Source: Phycisphaerae bacterium (lineage in GTDB: Bacteria > Planctomycetota > Phycisphaerae > UBA1845). Taken from it: a stretch of DNA of 64,000 nt. Of this stretch, positions 17,405 through 26,536 are shown one piece after another; the first letter of the stretch is position 1; the number at the start of each line of letters is the position of its first letter. The notes beneath the pieces are model-generated. The model made no database searches, was not told the DNA's origin, and worked only from the letters and a program-made list of their open reading frames with translations. The stretch is from NCBI GenBank assembly GCA_963666835.2, contig CAXXGO010000006.1, forward strand, positions 2,400,001 to 2,464,000, written 5' to 3'. The translations under genes and the position numbers were made by a program.

Positions 17405-18066
17405 TCGGTGCCCCCTGTTACGTCGATGTGCGGATCATCCGTGCCGTGCGGCGCTTCGTTTGCGCGGGTGACGGTTAGAGCCATCTTCTCCTTTGATGTC
17501 ATAGCAATGGCATCTTCCGGACAGGCCATGGCGATGGCACAGCGGTTGCAATCGACACAAAGGTCATACCGCACTTCCAGACGAAGCGATCCCAACCCGG
17601 CGGGCTCCTTACACGCCATGACGCACTTGCCGCATCCGTTGCACAGCTTCTCGTCGATCGTGTAGTCGTAGAAGTTGTTCAGCGGGTCGTCCGGGTCGAC
17701 GTCTCCGATCGGGTTGCGGCGGATGGCGTCTCGCGGGCAGAGTCGGCGAGTGGGTAGACCGTCGCGGCCTATCTCGCTGGTTACATCGAAATACCCCGGG
17801 CAAATGCAGCAGCGCCCGCACTTGGCGAACTCGTTGACGGCGCGCACGGCTGACAGCGGCAGAACGCAGGTCGTAGCGCATTTGTCGCAGAAGGGGACTC
17901 CCGTCGCTCCAAGCCGGATATTGATGCACTTGGCCGGGTCGATCAGCCAGACGCCCTCGGCCCCGGCGCGGTTGGCCAGGTAGATGAGCGGTCCGCCGAC
18001 CGCGAGTGCACCCACCCCGCGCGCGGCATACTTGAGAACGTCCCTGCGGGTCGGCTCTTCGTTCAT
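17401..18066 (-). CDS. Tat-signal polyferredoxin (NapG/MauM-like)
   Basis: TRRDVLK twin-arginine leader with a hydrophobic stretch; multiple Cys motifs (CDKC..TC, CGRCCICP, CNGCGKC..AC, CVDCNRC..ACP). Confidence 0.8.
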   Translation of the reverse strand: MNEEPTRRDVLKYAARGVGALAVGGPLIYLANRAGAEGVWLIDPAKCINIRLGATGVPFCDKCATTCVLPLSAVRAVNEFAKCGRCCICPGYFDVTSEIGRDGLPTRRLCPRDAIRRNPIGDVDPDDPLNNFYDYTIDEKLCNGCGKCVMACKEPAGLGSLRLEVRYDLCVDCNRCAIAMACPEDAIAMTSKEKMALTVTRANEAPHGTDDPHIDVTGGTE

Positions 18067-18947
18067 GGCTGAGAGACCTCCTCATTAGTTTGGGTTGAGC
18101 CTTTCGGCTCGACTCCTTCGCTCTCGCTGAGCGGGGCGAACACGTGAATGCGAAGCTGCACCGTGTCAACCACGTATATGCGGTTCTGAGAATCGATGGC
18201 CACGTCCATGTTCTTGCACACGGGGTCGAACTCTTGGGAGGCTACCACTGCGCGGAACTCCCCCGCCCCGGTATAGAGCTTCACGCGCGGGTTAGCTTTC
18301 TCGGTTACGACCACGTCTCCGTTCGCGGCGAGCGTTATATTCGATGGATTGCAGCACCCGGGGAAGTCCCCCGGGCGGCGAGTACCGAAACGCCCGAAGA
18401 AACCGAGAAGTTCGCCTTCCATAGAGTATCGTTCGATTCGGTGTTTAGCCGGGTTGGCGGCGTGGATGGTTCCCTTGTCGTCGACGCTGAAATCCAACCG
18501 GCCGTTGGGGATCATGAAGCCCTTGGTCCGGTTGTCCTTGCCGATGTTGTTTTGCCACTGTCCGGTCTTGTCGAAGCGGCGAATGCAACGGTCGCCGGAG
18601 TCGGCGACCAGGACGAAGTCGCCGTAGAACCCGATCGCAGTGACTAACCGGAGTCGCTCCTCGTCTTGCCAGAGATCAATGCGGTTGCCGGCGGCGTCGA
18701 ACATCTCCAGTTGGCCCGGTTCGCCGACGAAGACGGTGCCGTCGGCGCGGACCGCGACGCATTGGGCCGGCCTATCCGTGGACCAGCTTCGCTGCAGTTC
18801 GCCAAGGTTGTTGAACACCTTGATGGAGCTGTCACCTGCGGCATACACGAGCCCGGGGCTGTCGACCGCGATGCCCCGCAGCGCCTGTGCGAACTGCTCC
18901 GGACCGGAGCCCTTGCCGCTGATGGTCAACACCTGGCGATATTCCAT
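18063..18947 (-). CDS. NHL-repeat beta-propeller protein
   Basis: GxGPEQF..GIAVD..G.VY.AD-type repeats; GCCNP motif. Confidence 0.8.
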   Translation of the reverse strand: MEYRQVLTISGKGSGPEQFAQALRGIAVDSPGLVYAAGDSSIKVFNNLGELQRSWSTDRPAQCVAVRADGTVFVGEPGQLEMFDAAGNRIDLWQDEERLRLVTAIGFYGDFVLVADSGDRCIRRFDKTGQWQNNIGKDNRTKGFMIPNGRLDFSVDDKGTIHAANPAKHRIERYSMEGELLGFFGRFGTRRPGDFPGCCNPSNITLAANGDVVVTEKANPRVKLYTGAGEFRAVVASQEFDPVCKNMDVAIDSQNRIYVVDTVQLRIHVFAPLSESEGVEPKGSTQTNEEVSQP

Positions 18948-18965
18948 CGCATCTCTCCGAACCCG

Positions 18966-20231
18966 CTAATCCGCCGTCTTGCCGACGTCGAGGCACATTA
19001 GCTTGCGCATGTTTCGAATGATGAGCTTGCCGTCCGACAGACTGAGCGGGGCCCACACGTCCGGACCGGTTAGGAGCTGGGCGCTGGCCAGCTCGCGATA
19101 CTCCGATACGTTTGCCTCGAGCAACCGGAGCATTCCGGTTTTACCTTCGAGAATGTAGAACATCCCGTCGGCCAGGATGTAGCTGCCCAATCCGAACGAG
19201 GCGTGCCCCTGGCTGGTCCAGACCTGTTCCCCTTTCACGTTCAGGCAGGTGAACAGCCCGCGGCGCTTCTTGCCGACGGCAAACATGTGGTTCTCGAACA
19301 CGATCGGAGTGTGCGTCTCTGAGTTCCACTCGTCCGTTTTCAGGGTGAAGACGTGCTCGGGTTTAAACTCGTCACCGTCTTTCTTCACCCGGATCATCAC
19401 GGAGTCCGCCTCGTAGCAACTGGTCATGAACACCAGATCATCACCGACGATCAGCGGGGAAATCGGCACGGACAGGTTGAACTTCCAGGGGAACGACCAG
19501 AGCAGTCTTCCATCGTCGGCGGCAACCCCTACGATTTTCGTCAGCGTGCTGTATAGATACTGCTTGACGCCGTCAATCGTCGCGGGCATTACCGAGGCGT
19601 GAGACATCGGATCACCCTCCGGGTTGGGGGTCTTCCAGATTACGTCTCCGTTGGCCTTGTTGAACGCTACAAGCAATGCATCTCCGCCGGTAGCGATAAT
19701 CACGCGATCATCCTCGATGAGCGGGCATTGCCCGTTGTACCAGGCCGGGATGAGCGTGTTATACTCGCGCACCATGCTCTTGCGCCAGAGTTCTTCTCCA
19801 TTCTCGGCTTTAAGGCAATGGAGCACGCACTTGGGGTCCAGCGAGAAGACATATTCTCCGTCGACCGCCGGCATGGTACGCGTGATCCCGTGATTGGGCC
19901 GGATGCGTTTCTTATCTCGATAGCACCAGATCTCCTTTCCGTCGGAAAGGGCAAGGCACCGCAACAGCCACTCGTTCGTATTACGGTCGTAGTCGTTGAG
20001 ATACACCCTTCCGTCGAAGATGGCCGGTGCCGAGTAGCCCTCGCAAACCTCTGTGGTCCATAGAGTCTTCGGGCCGCCTTCCGGCCACGACCGCAACAGC
20101 CCCGTTTCAGCGGAGATCGCGTTGCGGTTCGGGCCTCGGAACTGCGGCCAGTTGTCCGCCATTGCCGTTGCGGCTGTCAGGGCGCTCCAGATTGCCAGGG
20201 CTGCCGCGTAATGCCGCGGTTGTCTGCTCAT
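18966..20231 (-). CDS. Secreted PQQ/BamB-like beta-propeller protein (P1)
   Basis: Signal peptide, NWPQFRGPNR, repeated DGKxxW Trp-docking motifs, WAPLSLSDGKLIIR. GGGAG RBS before ATG 20231. Confidence 0.88.
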   Translation of the reverse strand: MSRQPRHYAAALAIWSALTAATAMADNWPQFRGPNRNAISAETGLLRSWPEGGPKTLWTTEVCEGYSAPAIFDGRVYLNDYDRNTNEWLLRCLALSDGKEIWCYRDKKRIRPNHGITRTMPAVDGEYVFSLDPKCVLHCLKAENGEELWRKSMVREYNTLIPAWYNGQCPLIEDDRVIIATGGDALLVAFNKANGDVIWKTPNPEGDPMSHASVMPATIDGVKQYLYSTLTKIVGVAADDGRLLWSFPWKFNLSVPISPLIVGDDLVFMTSCYEADSVMIRVKKDGDEFKPEHVFTLKTDEWNSETHTPIVFENHMFAVGKKRRGLFTCLNVKGEQVWTSQGHASFGLGSYILADGMFYILEGKTGMLRLLEANVSEYRELASAQLLTGPDVWAPLSLSDGKLIIRNMRKLMCLDVGKTAD

Positions 20232-20264
20232 CAGGTTTCTCCCGTTCGCCACGTCGTTGCCGGC

Positions 20265-21575
20265 CTAGCCCAGATCGAATGCCATAATGTGCTTGCGGTC
20301 ACGCACGTAGAGCGTCTTACCCACGAGCGTCGGCGCCGCCCAGGCGTACGGCTCCGCGATCTTGCATTTTGAGTGAATGGTCAATCCATCCTCCGTTGCC
20401 GTGCCCAAGGCCAGGTAGCCTTCTTGATCGAGGATGATGACCTTGCCGTCGGCAAGTACGCAGGTGGCTTTGCCGAAACCGCGTGCGATCCACTCCCGTT
20501 TCCCGGTCTTCACGTTGAGGCACGTGATAAAGGCCGGATCTGCGCCGCTGGAGCCGAATACCAGGTCGCCGATGTGTATCGGATTGGCGTGGTTGATCCT
20601 CAGGCGTTTGCTCTTCCACAGCTCCTCGGGCACGATCTCGCCGTTTTTCTTGGTGAGCTTCAACATGCGGCTGCCGCTCGGGTTCGAATAGAAGATCAGG
20701 TCGTCGTCTATCTTGAGCGGCGTCGCCATGTTCCCCTCAGGCTTCTCGAATACGTCACTCCAAAGCAGCTTGCCGGAATGCGGGTCTACTCCGACGATCG
20801 CTTCAGCCATCAGCAGAACGAGCTGCTTCTGCCTGTCGAAATCGATCAGAATCGGCGAGGAGTGCGCGATCGCATGGTCCTGGGTCTTCCAGACCACTTC
20901 CCCGGTTGCCTGATCGAACGCGATCAGCGATTGTCCGACCGGGGCCTTCTCAGCTTCACCTTCGGCCTTTTCGTCGTCGTTCTCGCGAACCCGGTCTACG
21001 GGAATGATCACCATGTCGTCATAGGCAATAGCACTGCACGAATAGCTCCAATGCGGAGTGGGGGCGTTGAACTCGGCGGCGAGATCGTGCTTCCAGATGA
21101 CCTTTCCCGTGTCCTTGGCCAGGCAGTGCAGGACCGCGTTGGCGCCCAAGGTGAAGACTCGGCCGCCGGTTATCAAAGGAGAGGAGTTGGGGCCGAATCC
21201 GAACTGCTCCGTTCCCGTGCGGGGGGGCGAAGGGTTGCGGTGCTCCCAGACGGTCGCGCCGGTTTCGGCATCCAGGGCCACGCTGACTTCGTCCTCTCCC
21301 GATCGATACATGGTGAACAGCATTCCGCCGTCCGCCGTGATCGTGGCATAACCATCCCCGAGTTCCCGGTGCCAGAGCCGCGGCGGTCCGTCTTCAGGCC
21401 AGGAATCGGCCAGTCCCTGCGCTTCGACCATGAAGTCTCGGTTCGGACCGCCCCACTGATTCCACCCGGTCGACGTCGCACATCCGGCCGGACCCGCCAA
21501 AAAAAGAGCTGCAACCGCCGGGACCGCGACGATTCCCCAACCGCCTCGAGGTTTGTTATTCGTTAGCACAGTCAT
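20265..21575 (-). CDS. PQQ/BamB-like beta-propeller protein (P2), possible lipoprotein
   Basis: LAGPAG-C then WNQWGGPNRDF...LWHRELGDGY; C-terminal APTLVGKTLYVRDR..IMAFDLG. Start uncertain (21575-21623). Confidence 0.88.
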   Translation of the reverse strand: MTVLTNNKPRGGWGIVAVPAVAALFLAGPAGCATSTGWNQWGGPNRDFMVEAQGLADSWPEDGPPRLWHRELGDGYATITADGGMLFTMYRSGEDEVSVALDAETGATVWEHRNPSPPRTGTEQFGFGPNSSPLITGGRVFTLGANAVLHCLAKDTGKVIWKHDLAAEFNAPTPHWSYSCSAIAYDDMVIIPVDRVRENDDEKAEGEAEKAPVGQSLIAFDQATGEVVWKTQDHAIAHSSPILIDFDRQKQLVLLMAEAIVGVDPHSGKLLWSDVFEKPEGNMATPLKIDDDLIFYSNPSGSRMLKLTKKNGEIVPEELWKSKRLRINHANPIHIGDLVFGSSGADPAFITCLNVKTGKREWIARGFGKATCVLADGKVIILDQEGYLALGTATEDGLTIHSKCKIAEPYAWAAPTLVGKTLYVRDRKHIMAFDLG

Positions 21576-21619
21576 TCTCACTTGGTCACTCCCGTTAGTT
21601 AGGACTATCTGCCTGTGGC

Positions 21620-22387
21620 TCAAGGGGCGAAATCGTCGGTCTTCTTGAACCCCTTCGGTACGACCAACTCGAACATCGCCGTCTTCATGGTCGGGCTGGC
21701 AACCAGGTTATCCAGAACGAGCGTGGTAGAGCCCTCCGTTCCCTCGGGATTATGGTAGATACGATCGACGCGGCGCGGCAGCCAGTCCTTCTTGGAGATA
21801 TACCACGTTGTTTTGGGGTCTTCACCGCGATCAACGACGACCGTGTGGCATGCTTCACCGCTGACGTCCGCCTCGTCGGTCAGTTGGACGTTCTCCACCT
21901 TCAGGTCCTCGGCCAGCGGTTCCTTCTCAGCCAGCTCGCGAAGCAGAAGGCGCTGCAGCCCGCGCTGGTGGCTACCGAGCACGGCCGGGTCGATATCCGC
22001 ATACGCAATCTTCGCCTGCATGTCGATGAGGTAGAACAACTCCCCATCAGACCCGGCCGTAAGTTCCAGGGCCTCGTCCGCGCCCTGCGGAGTGAGTTTC
22101 GCCTCGCATTGGAAGCGGGTGATGTCGTACTTGGACGGCTCGCCGATCTTCGTATTTCCCTCGACGGTTGGAACATACTGCTTCACCCAGCCGGTTCCTT
22201 CGTAGCGCCCGTAGTAGCTGGCGGACTTAACGTCCTTCAGAGCCGCCTCGGCTTTCCGTAGGATCTTCTTGGCTTCGTCCTTTGTGGCACTTCCGGATTC
22301 CGGTTCACCCGCGACGACATTTGCGAGCCCGGCAGACATCGCCAGCGCAAGGCCGAACGTAATCGTGGCCTTTGTTGTCCTTCTCAT
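21620..22387 (-). CDS. Secreted LolA-like (lipoprotein-carrier-fold) protein
   Basis: Signal peptide, beta-rich, WYISKKDWLPRRV and F.L..P.G C-terminus typical of LolA/DUF2092-like folds. It is a paralog of 43136-43888. Confidence 0.55.
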   Translation of the reverse strand: MRRTTKATITFGLALAMSAGLANVVAGEPESGSATKDEAKKILRKAEAALKDVKSASYYGRYEGTGWVKQYVPTVEGNTKIGEPSKYDITRFQCEAKLTPQGADEALELTAGSDGELFYLIDMQAKIAYADIDPAVLGSHQRGLQRLLLRELAEKEPLAEDLKVENVQLTDEADVSGEACHTVVVDRGEDPKTTWYISKKDWLPRRVDRIYHNPEGTEGSTTLVLDNLVASPTMKTAMFELVVPKGFKKTDDFAP

Positions 22388-22501
22388 TTGCGGTTTCCTT
22401 CCTTCTGCGAATATTGGATTGCAGCCTGCTACCCTTGTTATTTCGGTCCGCCGCGGCGGGCGGATTCGCATACGCTCCACGGCGCCGGACGATATCACCA
22501 T

Positions 22502-23797
22502 CTATCCCAGGTCGAACGCCATGATGTTCTTTCGGTCTCTGATAAACAGCTTCGTTCCTGCCAGAGTCGGCGGTGTCCAGGACTCATGTTCCGACACCAT
22601 GCAATGCGAGTGAATCTTAAGGCCCTCCGGGCTCAGCGTCGCCAGGACCAGCCGGCCGTGCTCCTCGAGGGCGATGACCTTGCCGTCGGCGTAAACACAA
22701 GTGGCCTTTCTGAGACCCCGCTCCCGCCACGCTACTTCACCGGTGTGGATGTCAACGGCAACGAACAGGGTTGTGCCGAAGTCGCCGCTGGACCCGTAGA
22801 CGTAATCGCCGACCCGGATTGCGTTACCGTGGTGGACGCGTAACTTGCGATCATACCAGACCTGCTTCGGGACGGTTCTGCCGTTCTCTCGGGTGAGCTT
22901 AATAACCCGGCTGCCCGAAGCGTAGGCTGCGGAAAGGAAAATCAGGTCGTCGCCGGTCCACAACGGTGTGGCAATGTTTTCCTCCGGGGAAGGGAGGCAT
23001 TCCAGATGCCACAGCAACTTTCCGGTGCGCGGGGCTACCGCGATTACTTCTCTCCTCATGAACAGGACAAGCTGATCTTCACCCGCGAAGTTGATCAAAG
23101 CCGGTGATGAGTAGTCGATCGGGTAGTCCTGGCTCTGCCAGACAAGTTTGCCGGTCTCCTGATCGAAGGCCATGATCGATTGCCCGTCCGAGTCTTTCGA
23201 GGCACCGGCGCCCTCATCGCCGCCTCCGCGCGAACGGTCCCGGTCAACCGGAACGATGATGAGGTTCTCGTATGCAAGCGGACTGGGGGAATACCCGAAA
23301 TGCGGCAGCGGCGCTGCGTAGTCTGAGATGAGATCGTGTTTCCAGATGACCTTGCCGGTGTGCCTGTCGAGGCAGTGTAGCATCGCCTTTGCCCCGATCG
23401 TGAACAACCGATCGCCAACGAGCAGGGGCGTGGCGTGGGGACCGGGGCCGTATTCGGTCCCGGTGAATCCGTCCGGGTTTCGGTGTTCCCAGATTGTACG
23501 CCCCGAACGGGCGTCGAGGGCGATTGTTACTTCCGCCTTCCCCGCCGTGTACATGGTGTAGAGGGTGTCGCCCTCTGCGAGGATAGATGAGTACCCGTCG
23601 CCCAGCTCACGATGCCAGAGCTTCTTCGGGCCGTCTGCGGGCCATTCGTCCGCCAGGCCCGTGGCCTCCACCATGAAGTTGCGGTTAGGCCCACCCCACT
23701 GCAGCCACTGCCCGCTCGCGAAAGCGGTCTCCGCCGCCGCGGAGAGAAGCAGAAGGCCTAACACCGCCGACCGGCCGATGCGTCGTTTCCAGTACAT
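22502..23797 (-). CDS. Secreted PQQ/BamB-like beta-propeller protein (P3)
   Basis: Signal peptide AFA; WLQWGGPNRNF, GPHATP, PTLAGTKLFIRDR. Confidence 0.88.
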   Translation of the reverse strand: MYWKRRIGRSAVLGLLLLSAAAETAFASGQWLQWGGPNRNFMVEATGLADEWPADGPKKLWHRELGDGYSSILAEGDTLYTMYTAGKAEVTIALDARSGRTIWEHRNPDGFTGTEYGPGPHATPLLVGDRLFTIGAKAMLHCLDRHTGKVIWKHDLISDYAAPLPHFGYSPSPLAYENLIIVPVDRDRSRGGGDEGAGASKDSDGQSIMAFDQETGKLVWQSQDYPIDYSSPALINFAGEDQLVLFMRREVIAVAPRTGKLLWHLECLPSPEENIATPLWTGDDLIFLSAAYASGSRVIKLTRENGRTVPKQVWYDRKLRVHHGNAIRVGDYVYGSSGDFGTTLFVAVDIHTGEVAWRERGLRKATCVYADGKVIALEEHGRLVLATLSPEGLKIHSHCMVSEHESWTPPTLAGTKLFIRDRKNIMAFDLG

Positions 23798-23852
23798 ACC
23801 GTCCCCCAACTGGCCATACCGTCTCGCGCCGCAAGCCGCGCCGACGGGCTCG

Positions 23853-25190
23853 CTAGCCGAGATCGAGGGCCATTATATGCTTGCGGTCACGTATGTAGAG
23901 GGTCTTTCCTGTCAAGGTTGGTACAGTGAACGAGTGTCGTTCGGCCACTTTGCAGTTTGAGTGGACGGTGACGCCCTCGGGCGTGACGCTCGCCAGGGTG
24001 AGCTGTCCGTTCTCATCCAGGACGATTATCTTCCCGTCGGCGAACACGCATGACGCGTTCGGGAAGCCGCGTTGGACCCACTTCCGCTCTCCGGTCCGGA
24101 AGTCGAAGCCAAGTAAAACTTTGTCGGTTGCGCCGACCAGTTGGTTTCCAACGACGACCGGCGTCGGCTGGGACACTCGGATCTTGCGGTTATTCCAGAG
24201 TTCCGTCACGGAGGTCTTCCCGTCCTCCGTAGCAAGCCTAAGCGCGCGCCCCTGTGCCTGAGTCCCGGCTTCCGAGAAGAACAGCAGGTCCTTACCATTC
24301 CACACCGGGGTGACGCTCGTGTACTGCTGGCCGGTGCGATGATGCCAGAGCAGATCGCCGTTTATGGGGTCGACGCTGATTACGCCTTCATTGACGCACA
24401 AGACGAGCTGATCGCGCCCATCGAATTCTATCAGGATGGCAGAGGAGTACGTCGTTCCGAACTCCAGGGCTTTCCAGATCAACTTTCCTGAGTGTTGATC
24501 GAAGGCAATGAGCGTGTTCCCGGTGGCAGCCTCATGGTTCTCAGTCTGGCTCTCGGGAGGTGTCTGACGGCCGCCCGGCACTATGACCATGTTGCGGTAG
24601 GCGATGGGACTGCCGCACTGCCCGACATACCGGTCCTGCTGAGCTTCGTATTCGCGAATGAGGTCGTGCTTCCAGACGATCTTGCCGGTTTTCTTCTCGA
24701 AGCAGTGCAGGGCCGAGTTGGAGCCCAGCGTATACAGATAATCCCCGACAAGCAGCGGCGTGGCGTTCGGTCCTTGTCCGCCGTGTCTTTGATCCGGGGG
24801 TTCGAGCGTCGGCGCCGCGATCTTGTGTTCCCAGACAGTCCGGCCGGTCTTGGCGTCCATCGCAACCGTTATCTCGTACCGGCTCGTGATCTCCTTACGG
24901 TACATCGTGAAGATCAGATCATCGTCCGCCACAATAGCCGAGTAGCCGACGCCGAGTTCACGGTGCCAGAGCCTCGTTGGTCCCGACTCAGGCCAGGCGT
25001 TCGCCAGGCCCGACGTGTTCACCGTAAAGTCGCGGGTCGGACCGCCCCATTGAGGCCATTCTGCATGCGCTATGTTGCAGACCTCAACGGCGATAGCCGC
25101 AACGATCAGCCGCCGGCTCCAAATGGAGCGGTTGCGAATCGTGCCGATTGCCGAAGCAGCGGATGCCCCGCCGTTTTCGTCACGATGCAT
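23853..25190 (-). CDS. Secreted PQQ/BamB-like beta-propeller protein (P4)
   Basis: AHA-EWPQWGGPTRDF, GPNATP, PTLTGKTLYIRDR. Confidence 0.88.
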   Translation of the reverse strand: MHRDENGGASAASAIGTIRNRSIWSRRLIVAAIAVEVCNIAHAEWPQWGGPTRDFTVNTSGLANAWPESGPTRLWHRELGVGYSAIVADDDLIFTMYRKEITSRYEITVAMDAKTGRTVWEHKIAAPTLEPPDQRHGGQGPNATPLLVGDYLYTLGSNSALHCFEKKTGKIVWKHDLIREYEAQQDRYVGQCGSPIAYRNMVIVPGGRQTPPESQTENHEAATGNTLIAFDQHSGKLIWKALEFGTTYSSAILIEFDGRDQLVLCVNEGVISVDPINGDLLWHHRTGQQYTSVTPVWNGKDLLFFSEAGTQAQGRALRLATEDGKTSVTELWNNRKIRVSQPTPVVVGNQLVGATDKVLLGFDFRTGERKWVQRGFPNASCVFADGKIIVLDENGQLTLASVTPEGVTVHSNCKVAERHSFTVPTLTGKTLYIRDRKHIMALDLG

Positions 25191-26481
25191 TACTGCTACC
25201 TCCCAGGTTCAGGGCCATGATGTGTTCCTCATCACGTACATATAACGTGGAACCTACAAGGGTCGGGGCGGTGAAGGACCACTCTTTGGTCAGTTGACAA
25301 TGCGTGTTGACGATCGGCCCTTCCCGAGTAACGGTTACCAGGCCGAGATTCCCGGCGTGATCCAACACGATGAGTTTCTCGCCGCCGATCGCGACTCCTG
25401 ACGGGACAAGTCGCTTGACCCACAAACGCTCGCCGGTGTTAACGTCCAAGGCTGCGAAGAGCGACTCCCTACCGTCGCCCCGTTTGGCACCGACCAGCAT
25501 GTCGCCGACGAGTATGGGGGTAGCCATGCCCAGCGGCGCTTTTTTGTTGGACCACAGGGGTTCGGCTACGGTCTTACCGTCACGGTCAACCAGGCGGACG
25601 GCGCAGCCGGATTCACGCGACGAGAAGAAGATCGTATCAGCCCCGTTCCAGACTGGAGTGGCGAATGCGCCTGCGGTTTCCGCCTCGGCGAGCGGATGTT
25701 TCCAGATAAGCTCGCCGTTGGCCGGGTCGACACCAATGAGACCCTCTTTGGTGAACAGGACGAAGTGATCTTTGCCGCCGAAAGTGATTAGAATCCCGGA
25801 CGAGTGTTGGAGGTGGAATGTCTGGCTTCTCCACACCACCTTACCGGTTGCCTGGTCGAAGGCGGCCAGCGACTTCCCCTCGCTCTTATCGTCCGCGGCC
25901 CGCCCCAACGGGACGATGATCGTGTCGCCGTAGGCAAGAGGGCTGCAGGAATAGCCGCAGGTCTCGATCTGCGCTCCGAAGTCCTTGAGAAGCTCGTGCT
26001 TCCAGAGGATCTCACCGTCGGCTTTTTGGAAGCACTGCAACAAGGCGTTCCTGCCGAGGGTGAACAGCCGGTCCCCGACGACCAATGGTGTGGCGTTGGG
26101 CCCGGAGAACTCCTTGCCGTGGTCCGGAGTCGACTCCGCAATCGTGGCGACGTTCCGCTTTCTCCAGATTGTCTTCCCTGTTTGGGCGTCGAGGGCGACG
26201 ACGAACTCATGTCTGCTCGACTTGTTCTGCCGGTATTGGGTAAAGAGCATATTCCCATCCACAGTGATCGCAGAGTATCCCGTGCCCAGGGGACGATGCC
26301 ACAGCTTCTCCGGCCCGCCTTCGGGCCAGGAGTCGGCGAGTTGGGATGTATCTGCCGTGAAGTTGCGATTCGGCCCACCCCACTGGAGCCATTGGGCGTT
26401 AGTTGGTTGGGCCGATAGAATGGCGGTCAGGGCCGCCGCGATGAGGATGGCTATATCGCGTTTCGTTGAAGGTGCATTCAT
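25180..26481 (-). CDS. Secreted PQQ/BamB-like beta-propeller protein (P5)
   Basis: GGAGACTGAC-ATG start; signal peptide; WLQWGGPNRNF, GPNATP, APTLVGSTLYVRD. Confidence 0.88.
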   Translation of the reverse strand: MNAPSTKRDIAILIAAALTAILSAQPTNAQWLQWGGPNRNFTADTSQLADSWPEGGPEKLWHRPLGTGYSAITVDGNMLFTQYRQNKSSRHEFVVALDAQTGKTIWRKRNVATIAESTPDHGKEFSGPNATPLVVGDRLFTLGRNALLQCFQKADGEILWKHELLKDFGAQIETCGYSCSPLAYGDTIIVPLGRAADDKSEGKSLAAFDQATGKVVWRSQTFHLQHSSGILITFGGKDHFVLFTKEGLIGVDPANGELIWKHPLAEAETAGAFATPVWNGADTIFFSSRESGCAVRLVDRDGKTVAEPLWSNKKAPLGMATPILVGDMLVGAKRGDGRESLFAALDVNTGERLWVKRLVPSGVAIGGEKLIVLDHAGNLGLVTVTREGPIVNTHCQLTKEWSFTAPTLVGSTLYVRDEEHIMALNLGGSSNAS

Positions 26482-26536
26482 GTCAGTCTCCATACAGGTC
26501 GGGTTTCGAGAGATCGATTCTCGAGTCGGCCCCGGA

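Noticed and set aside
11983..18947. Selenocysteine read-through in the redox genes or the DGC protein
   Set aside because: No in-frame TGA interrupts these frames; the missing Cys positions are ordinary sense codons.
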